A stretch of 64,000 bases of DNA from Clostridiales bacterium UBA1742 (GTDB lineage Bacteria > Bacillota > Clostridia > TANB77 > CAG-508), in the NCBI GenBank assembly GCA_002314935.1, contig DCHW01000049.1, forward strand, positions 30-64,029, given 5' to 3'. Shown piece after piece: positions 49,199 through 58,400 of this stretch. The translations under genes and the position numbers were made by a program. The notes under the pieces are model-generated. The model did not search any database and was not told where the DNA came from. It saw only the letters and a program-made list of their open reading frames with translations. The stretch's first letter is position 1. Each line of letters begins with the position of its first letter.

Positions 49199-51004
49199 TT
49201 ATTCTAAAATTTTCTTTATCATCAATTTGTTTTTTCCATTTGTAAATTCATATTCTATTTTATCAGATATTTTTTTTACAATACCAATACCTAATCCACC
49301 ATATTTTCTATCATTTACAGATATATTTTTGTTTATTTCTTTTGCATTTAAAGGGTTATATGGTATTCCCCTATCTTCAAAAATAATATTTAAAGAAAGA
49401 GGATTTTTCGTTAAAAATGCGCTAACCTCTACCTTTCCTTCCGTTTTATTATATGCATATTTAGCTATGTTACCAAATATTTCATCAATTATTATATTAA
49501 TTTCGGCTCTTGTTTTAGTTTCAACTTTACACTCAGCTATTAATTTATTAATAAAATTTGTTACATCTTCAATTTTATCTGTTTTTGCTTCAAATGACCC
49601 ATTAATACTTTTATTAGATATAACATCTAATCCGTTATATTTTAAGCAAACCATAGTAATATCATCAAACTGTTCAGAATTGTTGCTAAAACTATCTATA
49701 TCTTTTTTTACATCTTTACAAATATCTTCTATTGATTTATTTGACTCATTTAATAATAAATTTTTTAATCTCTCTTCTCCATATTGCTCTTTTGATAAAT
49801 TTATTGTTTCTGTTATTCCATCAGTATATAAAAATAACATATCTCCCTTTTCTAGTTTAATATTAAATGAATTATATTTTGAATCTTTTTTTCCTGCTAA
49901 AATAAATCCAGATCTATTTTTTAAAAAGCAAATTTCGTTATTAGATTTTTTTAATATAGGATAGTTATGCCCCGCATTAATAAATTCAACTTTTCCTGTA
50001 GAAATTTCAAGAACTCCTATCCATGATGTAACAAACATACTTTCTTTATTTCCTTCAAAAAGTTGTGTATTTGTTTTTTCTATTGCTTCTTCAAAACTTA
50101 ATCCTAATTGTAAATTTGTTTTAATAATTGTTTTTGAAATAACCATAAATAAAGCCGAAGGAACTCCTTTTCCAGATACATCAGAAATCAAAAATGCAAA
50201 ATGATCTTGATCTATAAAATAGAAGTCATAAAAGTCGCCTCCAACTTGTTTAGCTGGAATCATATTAGCAAATATTTCAAATTCATTTCTTCCTGGGAAA
50301 TATGGCAAAATAGCCGGAAGCATAGACTTTTGAATATTTGTTGCTGTTTTTAATTCTATTTCAATTGCGTCTTTATTTTTTTCAATATTTTTATATTTAT
50401 CAATCATATCTGTTGTAAATATCATTAAGCCAAATGCTAATGCATTTGAAAATAAAAATGATGGGGCTACATTAAGTATTAAATTCCAACTTGTGCTTAA
50501 ATTTTCAGTAAACCACATGTATATAAATACTACGCTTAAATGTAAACATTCCATTAATATTGCAATAAAAAATGCAAAAACTCCTCTACTTTTTTTTGAT
50601 TCAAATGGTTTAAATAATAAACCACATAACATACCAATTAAAACAGTAGAAATTGAGCATGGAATTGTTGTTCCTAAAGGTAAATTATTTATTCCTTGAA
50701 TTAAGCGATGCATTCCTGCTATTAATCCAGCAATAATTCCACCTATTGGACCAGCTAAACATCCAGCCATCATTGGTCCTACATCTCTTATTGCAATTAC
50801 AGCTCCATTTGAATTTGTATAACCGTTAATAGTTGCATAAATACCAAACAAACCACCTATAATGCCTAAGTTAATTGCTACTCTTAAATTGCTTTTACCT
50901 TCCCCTTTTCTTAAAATTTTTTTAGTTCCTTGAAGAATAATAGCAATAAGGTTAATAACAGCTATAGTACCAATCATTGAAATAATTTCATTATAATTAT
51001 TCAT
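49199..51004 (-). CDS. 5TM sensor / PP2C (SpoIIE-type) phosphatase / HATPase (RsbW-like) fusion protein
   Basis: 601 aa. N-terminal LytS-type 5TM domain. PP2C block GGDFYDF...ISDVSGKGVPSALFM. C-terminal IDEIFGNIAKYAY...GGLGIGIVKK ATP-binding fold. Confidence 0.75.
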   Translation of the reverse strand: MNNYNEIISMIGTIAVINLIAIILQGTKKILRKGEGKSNLRVAINLGIIGGLFGIYATINGYTNSNGAVIAIRDVGPMMAGCLAGPIGGIIAGLIAGMHRLIQGINNLPLGTTIPCSISTVLIGMLCGLLFKPFESKKSRGVFAFFIAILMECLHLSVVFIYMWFTENLSTSWNLILNVAPSFLFSNALAFGLMIFTTDMIDKYKNIEKNKDAIEIELKTATNIQKSMLPAILPYFPGRNEFEIFANMIPAKQVGGDFYDFYFIDQDHFAFLISDVSGKGVPSALFMVISKTIIKTNLQLGLSFEEAIEKTNTQLFEGNKESMFVTSWIGVLEISTGKVEFINAGHNYPILKKSNNEICFLKNRSGFILAGKKDSKYNSFNIKLEKGDMLFLYTDGITETINLSKEQYGEERLKNLLLNESNKSIEDICKDVKKDIDSFSNNSEQFDDITMVCLKYNGLDVISNKSINGSFEAKTDKIEDVTNFINKLIAECKVETKTRAEINIIIDEIFGNIAKYAYNKTEGKVEVSAFLTKNPLSLNIIFEDRGIPYNPLNAKEINKNISVNDRKYGGLGIGIVKKISDKIEYEFTNGKNKLMIKKILE

Positions 51005-51015
51005 AGTAACTCCTT

Positions 51016-51318
51016 TTATTCGATAGTAAGCATTTCATTAAAACCTGTAATTTCAAATACTTCCATAACAATTTCATTTACATTTATTAACTTCATAGAA
51101 CCACCTTTAGAATCCATTAGTTTTTGAGATTTTAATAGTACTCTAAGTCCTGCGGAAGATGTATATTGTATTTCTTTCATATTTATTATTAATTTTTTTA
51201 CATTTAAATTTTCTAAATTGTCTATTTCTTTTTCAAAGTCTGTAGATGTAACTGTATCCAATCTACCAGAAAGTACTATTTCTACTTCATCATTAATAAT
51301 ATTTTTTTCAATTTTCAT
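51016..51318 (-). CDS. STAS-domain anti-sigma-factor antagonist
   Basis: 100 aa. The SpoIIAA/RsbV-like segment QYTSSAGLRVLL carries the phosphorylatable Ser. Confidence 0.8.
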   Translation of the reverse strand: MKIEKNIINDEVEIVLSGRLDTVTSTDFEKEIDNLENLNVKKLIINMKEIQYTSSAGLRVLLKSQKLMDSKGGSMKLINVNEIVMEVFEITGFNEMLTIE

Positions 51319-51340
51319 TATTCTTCCCTCTTTCTTTTTA

Positions 51341-53140
51341 TTAAATTTCTATTGTAATTACATTCATTTTATAGACATAAGAATATTCTATTTTTTTTGC
51401 AAATTTTTGTATCATTACAATTCCAAGTTTTGAAAAATCATTTTTATTAAAAGTAAAATCTAAAGGATTATATGGACGAGCAATATTTCTAATTATTAAT
51501 GTAAGGTTACCTTTATCTGAAATAAGCTTAATATCCATAACTTCTTTTTCAATATTAACATCTTTTTTACTATTTTTTATATGTTCCATAAAATCCGCAT
51601 TTAACTCTTCTAGACATAAGCCGCACATATTTGCAATTCTATCTGAATATTTTTCTTGCTTTAAAAATTCAATTACTTTTTCTGATATTATTGAATTTTT
51701 TTGATTTGTTTCTGATGTTGTACTAAAATCAAAAACAACATCTTCCTTAAAACTATTATCTATTAATAGCATTTTATCAATTGGCCATTTAAGTTTTCCT
51801 TTATTTAAAATGTAATAAAGATAAATTAATGCTAAAAATATTAAATAGCATCCACCATATGATATCCATACAGCATCATATCCTAAATTGAATCCAGCAA
51901 GAAGTATAAACATTAGCCAAGGAAAAATTATTGAATCTGGTATTACTGTTAAAATAAGCGTACGCTTAAAATTACCAATAGCTTGATAATAACTTGCTAA
52001 ACATTTTATTATTAAATAACCAGGGATTAATAATAAACAAATAGTTACTCCTCTACTTACAACATTATATGTATATGGGTTTATTTCTTCACTAAAGAAA
52101 GGAATAATTACAGGCAAAAATGCATAAATAAGTAAACACCATAAAATTGTACATATAAGCGAAACTGAAATTGATTTTTTTACTGCTGAAATTGTTCCAT
52201 TTTTATCTCTTGCTCCAAACAAAAGACCAAAAAGAGGTGCTCCTGCATTTCCTCCTGCTTCTGCAGCAGCTCTGGCAAGCAATATTATACTTTCTACAAT
52301 AGTATAAAATCCAAGAGCTTCTTCTCCAATATATCTAACAAGCAGCAAATTAATAATTGCACAAATTGCTGCATCAATAGCAAAATTTATTCCACCTGAA
52401 AAGCCATATTTAATAATTTCTAATAATTCCTTTAATTTAACAGTAAATGTTACAATTTTTAATTTTATTTGTTTTCTAAATTTTATAAATAATAGTCCTA
52501 AATCTTCAAAAAGAGTTGATACAAAATATCCAAATACAAGCCCAGCTATTGCATACATTTCATTAATAGCTCCAAACCATTTTAATCCTAAAATTGAAAA
52601 AACAACATTTACGGGAATTCCTAAAACATTTATTATAGCAACTTCTTTATTATATCCATAAATTGCAAGCACTTGACTTAATATTACTTCTATAAAAAAT
52701 AAAGGTATTACAAATCCATATGATCTTGCATAAATTTCTGCTAAAGTTAGTATATCTCCCGTTGCTCCACCTGAAAATAATTTAACCATTGGTCCTGGAA
52801 CAAAGAATATTATTATTCCAATAATTGCTACAATAGTTGTTATTGTAACCATACCTATAGAATATAATCTATTGCTTTCTTCCTTATTACCTCTACCAAT
52901 ATTTATTGAAAGTAACAAAGATACACCAAGTGAAAAAATTGCACAAACAGCTAAAATAACTGCTATTCCTGGCCATCCAATAGAAACAGCTGCAATAGCG
53001 TCATCACCAAGTCTTCCTCCAGCAAGTAAAGCATCTAAAAATTCTTCAATTTGACTTATAAATGCAAGTAATAGACTTGATGGATACATTAATAAAAAAG
53101 CTTTTTTTAATAATTTATTTTTTTCTAGTTTTTTCTCCAT
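51341..53140 (-). CDS. MATE-family polytopic transporter fused to a C-terminal HATPase (RsbW/SpoIIAB-like) domain
   Basis: 599 aa. About 12 TM helices with MATE-like organisation, then a soluble 150-aa tail (CLEELNADFMEHIK...LTLIIRNIARPYNPLDF...IVMIQKFAKKIEY). Confidence 0.6.
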   Translation of the reverse strand: MEKKLEKNKLLKKAFLLMYPSSLLLAFISQIEEFLDALLAGGRLGDDAIAAVSIGWPGIAVILAVCAIFSLGVSLLLSINIGRGNKEESNRLYSIGMVTITTIVAIIGIIIFFVPGPMVKLFSGGATGDILTLAEIYARSYGFVIPLFFIEVILSQVLAIYGYNKEVAIINVLGIPVNVVFSILGLKWFGAINEMYAIAGLVFGYFVSTLFEDLGLLFIKFRKQIKLKIVTFTVKLKELLEIIKYGFSGGINFAIDAAICAIINLLLVRYIGEEALGFYTIVESIILLARAAAEAGGNAGAPLFGLLFGARDKNGTISAVKKSISVSLICTILWCLLIYAFLPVIIPFFSEEINPYTYNVVSRGVTICLLLIPGYLIIKCLASYYQAIGNFKRTLILTVIPDSIIFPWLMFILLAGFNLGYDAVWISYGGCYLIFLALIYLYYILNKGKLKWPIDKMLLIDNSFKEDVVFDFSTTSETNQKNSIISEKVIEFLKQEKYSDRIANMCGLCLEELNADFMEHIKNSKKDVNIEKEVMDIKLISDKGNLTLIIRNIARPYNPLDFTFNKNDFSKLGIVMIQKFAKKIEYSYVYKMNVITIEI

Positions 53141-53300
53141 TTTTTCTCCTTTTTAACTCATATAAAAAATCTCTATTTTATGTTATTATAACATATAACC
53201 TTAAAATATTTACTTTTGTCATCAAAATTTAATTTTAAAAATATATTTTTGAAATATTTAAACTAAATAAGAGGAGAAAATTTTCTCCTCTAAATTTTAT

Positions 53301-55271
53301 TTAATATGACTGGTTAATTTCAGTTTGTATATATGCCACAACATAGTATGTGACATTTTTTTGTCTCCATGTATCAAAATATGTTCCATTAAAAGCTAAG
53401 TAATAGTCGTTTTCATCTATTGCTGCATTATAATATACATTTCTAAAACCTTTACCAGATGAAGAATAATACCATACATTTTTATTATTAATATTATTAC
53501 TGTTGTGACGTAAACAATGGTCCGCATTTTCGAATAATGTTAAGTTATCAGCATCGTATATAACATACCCAAGCGATGAATATTTTTTTATTGTCCAAAT
53601 AGTTGACGAATCACTAGTTACTATATAATTTTGGTTATTAACCTTAACAATATCCGCCACTGCCATATTGTTCACAGTTCCACCTTCTTCTGGCCAAACC
53701 GTACCATCTTTTAAAATTGTTACTATTTTTCCAGAAATTTCAGGTGCTAAAACATATTTACTTCCATCTGTAATTGAATCAACTTTTTTATATCCCGTAA
53801 ATGTCCATTTAGCCCATAGTGTAACATCTCCTGTTGTACCTTGAGTAATTTGTGTTATTGCTGTTCCTTCACATGAAGAATTATCATACCAACCCTTAAA
53901 TACAAATCCAGTTGAGGTTGGAGTATCTAATGTAATGGTATCCGTCATACTATTAAAAGATGTTTTTTCACTTGAAGGTGTATATGGCATAGCGCCAGTT
54001 ATATATGTAATACTATATATTGGTGCTTTTATAGTTGTACTTATAAATTTCTCGTTTAAATCATTATGATTTGAATCTCCGATTATTTTATAATAAATTG
54101 TATATGTTCCTATATTTGTTGCTTTAGGGATAACTGTACTATATGAACCACCACTTAATTTATATTGAATTGTTCCACAAGATGTTGCTCCAGATGTTAT
54201 AAGTTCCTGTTCTAATCCATTATATGTTAGTGTTTTATTAGCTGGTTCCGTACTGTATACGCTATTTGCTTTTGAAATAGTAACACTTATAGATTTTTCA
54301 GAAAAATCATTATGATTTGAATCAGCATCTACTTTATAGTATACAGTATATGTCCCTGCATTGGTCTCTTTCGGTATACTAGTACTATAATCTCCACTGC
54401 CAATTTTATATTTTATAGTTCCGTCATTAGTTGAACCTGAATTTATTAATTCTTGTAAAGCTCCAGTATATGTTAGTGTTTTTGCTGTTGGTTCTGTTAA
54501 TGTTACATCAGCTTTTGTTATAGTAATTGTTAATTCTCCTTTAAATGTATCATAATCATCTGCTGTAATCTTATAATAAACAGTATACACTCCAACATCT
54601 ATAAAACCTGGAATTGCATTTAAAGAATAGTCCCCTTCTGTTGTTCCATATAAAATAGTATAATTACTTGTTGGCTCAATTACTTCTATATTAGCATTTC
54701 CTGAATTTTTTTGCCCTGTATATGTTGCTGAACCATTTGTTACTTTAACATTCATTGGAACACTTTCAACCATTTTAAAATTCAAATATGAATCGAGTTG
54801 ATTACTAGTTGCTACAACATTATTTTTATACTTAAATGTAATATAAATTTCTTTTGATTCATTTGGTGCAATTTTATCATCAATATTAAAATTACTTATT
54901 TCAAAAATAATTCCCTGATTACTATAATAATCATTATCATATAAAACTTCTTTAAAAGTATATGTTTTGTTGGTATTATTATAGATTTTAACGCTTTCTG
55001 TTATGTATGAACTACTATTTGAACCTGAAAGTGTTACTATGCTATGCATTGTTGTATTGGTATAGTTTTGTATATCCGCTGAAGAGTTACTACTAGCCAC
55101 ATATTCCACATCATATATAAACACTCCGCTTGGTTGATTTGCAAGCACAGAACCTTTAACTTCCATAGTTACAGTATTAATAGTGGCATATCCAACACTC
55201 ATAAATAAAATTGCTAGAAGAAATACAATTCCATAAAAGAAAACAGAATTTGTTTTTTTTCTATTCAGCAT
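53301..55271 (-). CDS. large secreted adhesin-like protein (Ig-like MBG-type repeats plus Listeria-Bacteroides-type repeat)
   Basis: 656 aa. N-terminal signal FFYGIVFLLAILFMSVGYATINTVTMEVKG. Three repeats of ...LTYTG..QELI.SG....GTI.YK......YST.IPK.TN.GTYT.YYK. Also FKGWYDNSSCEGTAITQI...LWAKW. Confidence 0.6.
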   Translation of the reverse strand: MLNRKKTNSVFFYGIVFLLAILFMSVGYATINTVTMEVKGSVLANQPSGVFIYDVEYVASSNSSADIQNYTNTTMHSIVTLSGSNSSSYITESVKIYNNTNKTYTFKEVLYDNDYYSNQGIIFEISNFNIDDKIAPNESKEIYITFKYKNNVVATSNQLDSYLNFKMVESVPMNVKVTNGSATYTGQKNSGNANIEVIEPTSNYTILYGTTEGDYSLNAIPGFIDVGVYTVYYKITADDYDTFKGELTITITKADVTLTEPTAKTLTYTGALQELINSGSTNDGTIKYKIGSGDYSTSIPKETNAGTYTVYYKVDADSNHNDFSEKSISVTISKANSVYSTEPANKTLTYNGLEQELITSGATSCGTIQYKLSGGSYSTVIPKATNIGTYTIYYKIIGDSNHNDLNEKFISTTIKAPIYSITYITGAMPYTPSSEKTSFNSMTDTITLDTPTSTGFVFKGWYDNSSCEGTAITQITQGTTGDVTLWAKWTFTGYKKVDSITDGSKYVLAPEISGKIVTILKDGTVWPEEGGTVNNMAVADIVKVNNQNYIVTSDSSTIWTIKKYSSLGYVIYDADNLTLFENADHCLRHNSNNINNKNVWYYSSSGKGFRNVYYNAAIDENDYYLAFNGTYFDTWRQKNVTYYVVAYIQTEINQSY

Positions 55272-55287
55272 TGCTATTATTCCTCTC

Positions 55288-56421
55288 TTAAATTTTTTTA
55301 TTTTTTTGTCTACTTTTTTCTCTTAAATTTTCTCTTATTAATTTTGAATCTAAAATATAAACAAATAATCTTTTATCATCAATAATCCAAAATTTAGTTC
55401 TGTATTTTGATTCTTTATACATTAATATTGGAGCATTTATTACATCTCTCATTTCTATTAAATTATTAAATGAAGTCATTCCTATTTTTTCATATTCATT
55501 TTCATTTAAATCATTATTTATTTCTTGAATATAACTTTTATAACTTATTAATATTTTTTTAAATATTTGGTCATACATGGTTTCAGCACTTCTAACATCT
55601 AAAGAATATTTAATAAATCGAATTAGAGTTATTATAGCAATTCCCATTAAAACCAATCCACTATATAAAATAATTGCTGAGTGCTTTACTTCTTTAGTGT
55701 TAACTAATACACTACCATTATTATTAATTACATTTGTAATAATTCCAATATTTACTGTTTGTGTTGTTAATGGTATTTTTATTGTCAGAACATCTGTATT
55801 TTTATTTATCTGTGATCCATCATATGGATTAATTACATGTAAATGCATTGTTAAAACAAGTCTATTTAATGTATCATTTAATGAATATGTTGTAATAAAA
55901 CTATTTAATTTATCATTATATGCTCCATAATCAATATCTACTTTTTCATTAATATGCAAAGATTTATTTTTTTCTATAATATTATCTACTTTTACTAATG
56001 ATTCTTCTTTTTCAAGTAATGTATCTTCTTCTTCACCTTCAAGCACCTCAAGTTTTGCAGTAATATCATAATTATAAATATACTCTATATCTTGGTCAAA
56101 ATTCATATCATATTCAAAATTTGCTTCAATATTTTTAATTAAGCTTGCAACAACATTTGTACCTTTTTCCAAAAACTCTCTGTCATAAAAATCATTTTGC
56201 TTTAAAAAAGCTTTGTAATTTAAATTAGAATTTTCAACACAATTTATATAAGTATTAGTATTTAAATAATTATAAACAATAATAAAAATTGCACCAATAA
56301 TACCTGTAATTAAAGTTATACAAGCTAATTTCTTTTTTCTTTTTTTTCTCTTTTCTTTATGTTTTTTTATTATTTCATCCTGTTCTAATCCTTCTTTCTT
56401 ATTAATAAATTGATCTTCCAT
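55288..56421 (-). CDS. bitopic membrane protein, paralog of 60735..61766
   Basis: 377 aa. Lys-rich N-terminus, TM helix, large extracytoplasmic region, second TM helix near residue 255, cytoplasmic tail. Confidence 0.55.
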   Translation of the reverse strand: MEDQFINKKEGLEQDEIIKKHKEKRKKRKKKLACITLITGIIGAIFIIVYNYLNTNTYINCVENSNLNYKAFLKQNDFYDREFLEKGTNVVASLIKNIEANFEYDMNFDQDIEYIYNYDITAKLEVLEGEEEDTLLEKEESLVKVDNIIEKNKSLHINEKVDIDYGAYNDKLNSFITTYSLNDTLNRLVLTMHLHVINPYDGSQINKNTDVLTIKIPLTTQTVNIGIITNVINNNGSVLVNTKEVKHSAIILYSGLVLMGIAIITLIRFIKYSLDVRSAETMYDQIFKKILISYKSYIQEINNDLNENEYEKIGMTSFNNLIEMRDVINAPILMYKESKYRTKFWIIDDKRLFVYILDSKLIRENLREKSRQKNKKI

Positions 56422-56437
56422 TGTATTAACCTCCTAT

Positions 56438-57568
56438 TTATTTAAACAAATCACTTATCCATAAGTTTAAATATCCTATGTATGATATTTTATAAAAAAC
56501 CCTACCTATAATATCGGCTTTTTGAATATATCCATTATCTTTTTGGATATTGGCATCTCCTTTAGTATAATATCGTATTCCTTCTGTAGTTTCCTTCATA
56601 TCTATTACTCTATGTACAGTTGTAACATCTTTTTTAGAAAAAACCAATATTTCTCCACGTTTTATATTTGTATCATCATATTTTTTATAAAAAATAATAT
56701 CTCCTTTATTAATTGTTCCTGTCATACTTTCAGAGCCAATTACCAATACCCCATATGTAAATTTACAAGATACAAGCATTACAACTAATGTTATAAAAAT
56801 TGATGCAATAATAACAAATACTATTTCTTCTTTTTTTCTTTTACTTGTTTTAACAATCTTTTTTTTATTATAAATTATTTCTAAAATAGCATATATAATA
56901 TATGGAATTAGTATTCTAATAATAGATTCAAAGAAAACATATATGTTTGGTGTTATTGGAATAAAAAAAACATATAAAGTAGTAATGATTTTATAAATAA
57001 TATTTGCCCTGATTGTTTTAAATCTATTAACCATATAATTAAATAATAAATTATTTGCAATTGATGCAAAAATCACAAAACTTATAATTGTTACATATTC
57101 TTCTAATCCATTTAAGTTTTTTATATCTGTAGTTAAAATTATATCTAATAAAACAAAAGCAATTGTAATTAATATTTTAGAAATATTAGAATTTGAATTT
57201 AAATATAACTTTATTCTAATAATTTCGGAAGAAATTATTATTACAATATAAGGTATAATAAAAGTTTGTATCGACCAAAATGAAAGTTTAACAGGAGATG
57301 TATAGTATCCAAAATATAATCCCATTATATACAAGCACATTATATACACTACACTAATTGATAAAACTAATAAACATATTTGTTTTATATGCACATTTTT
57401 ATTGCTATCATTTTTTATAAACTTTATACAAAATAAAGATATTAAAAATAAAACAATAGCAATTATTCTTCTTGTAAATATATAAGAAAAGTTCGTTGCT
57501 ATAATTAAAAAAATAAAAAAAATAATTTCAATTATATATATTAACTTTTTTTCTAAAAAAATTTTCAT
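56438..57568 (-). CDS. polytopic membrane domain fused to a SipW-type (S26B) signal peptidase
   Basis: 376 aa. About 6-7 TM helices, then GSESMTGTINKGD (catalytic Ser), TVHRVI (His) and YTKGDANIQKD boxes. Confidence 0.7.
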   Translation of the reverse strand: MKIFLEKKLIYIIEIIFFIFLIIATNFSYIFTRRIIAIVLFLISLFCIKFIKNDSNKNVHIKQICLLVLSISVVYIMCLYIMGLYFGYYTSPVKLSFWSIQTFIIPYIVIIISSEIIRIKLYLNSNSNISKILITIAFVLLDIILTTDIKNLNGLEEYVTIISFVIFASIANNLLFNYMVNRFKTIRANIIYKIITTLYVFFIPITPNIYVFFESIIRILIPYIIYAILEIIYNKKKIVKTSKRKKEEIVFVIIASIFITLVVMLVSCKFTYGVLVIGSESMTGTINKGDIIFYKKYDDTNIKRGEILVFSKKDVTTVHRVIDMKETTEGIRYYTKGDANIQKDNGYIQKADIIGRVFYKISYIGYLNLWISDLFK

Positions 57569-57703
57569 TATTATTCACAGCCTTTTTTAATAAACTTATT
57601 AGTATCGATAATATAACTTAATCTGATACAAATACTAATAAATTTATTAGTAATAAAGGGTAAGACATGTGTTTTACGTCATACCCTTATATATTAATAA
57701 TTA

Positions 57704-58201
57704 TTAATTAGCTGGATCAGCTGATATTGTAACAGTAAATTCACCTGATGTTTGATCAGTTGCAGGTGTTTTTAATAATTTTACTGTAACAGTTATTGTA
57801 GTAGTTCCGCTAGCAGCTATTGTTGAACTAGCTATACTTTTACTTACTTCAAAATATTCGCTATTTGTTAGTGATGATATAGTGGCATCTACTGACGCTT
57901 TTAAATCTGTACTTTCATTAGATATTGTAAATGTTGCTGTTGCTGTTTGATCTTTTGTTGTTAATCCAGATACATTCATAGTTGCTGATTTGCCATCATT
58001 TGCAATTTCAGCTGTTGTTGTTCCACTACCTCCAGTTGTTGGTGTTCCTGTTAATTTTACATTAAAATTAGATTGTGAAGCTGAAGCAGCTGCATTACCA
58101 GTAATTTTTAAATTGACTGTAGCAATAGTTGCAAAGCCAACTGCTATTACTAAAATCGCTAACAATAATGTTATTATAATTACTAAAGTATAATTTTTCA
58201 T
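57704..58201 (-). CDS. small secreted Thr/Ser-rich protein (candidate fibre subunit, SipW-type signal)
   Basis: 165 aa. RBS GGGAGGG. Signal MKNYTLVIIITLLLAILVIAVGFATIATVNLKITG. The mature part is beta-rich and low in charge. Confidence 0.6.
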   Translation of the reverse strand: MKNYTLVIIITLLLAILVIAVGFATIATVNLKITGNAAASASQSNFNVKLTGTPTTGGSGTTTAEIANDGKSATMNVSGLTTKDQTATATFTISNESTDLKASVDATISSLTNSEYFEVSKSIASSTIAASGTTTITVTVKLLKTPATDQTSGEFTVTISADPAN

Positions 58202-58400
58202 ATTTATATCCCTCCCTTTGATATTTTTTCTTAACCATTTGATTAAAGAATATTAATCTTCTTTGAATATACCATATTAGCTATTATACAGTCAATGCAA
58301 AAAGAAAGATATTTTTGTTACATTTTTATTACATTTAAGTTGCGGTTTTATGACTTTTTAAAACACAATAACACTCATCTTTTGATAAGTGTTATTACAT

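Noticed and set aside
49164-49964. 266-aa plus-strand ORF in the track
   Set aside because: It is entirely antisense to the well-supported SpoIIE-type gene 49199..51004. Its low-complexity Phe/Ile/Ser-rich translation is typical of the reverse frame of AT-rich genes.
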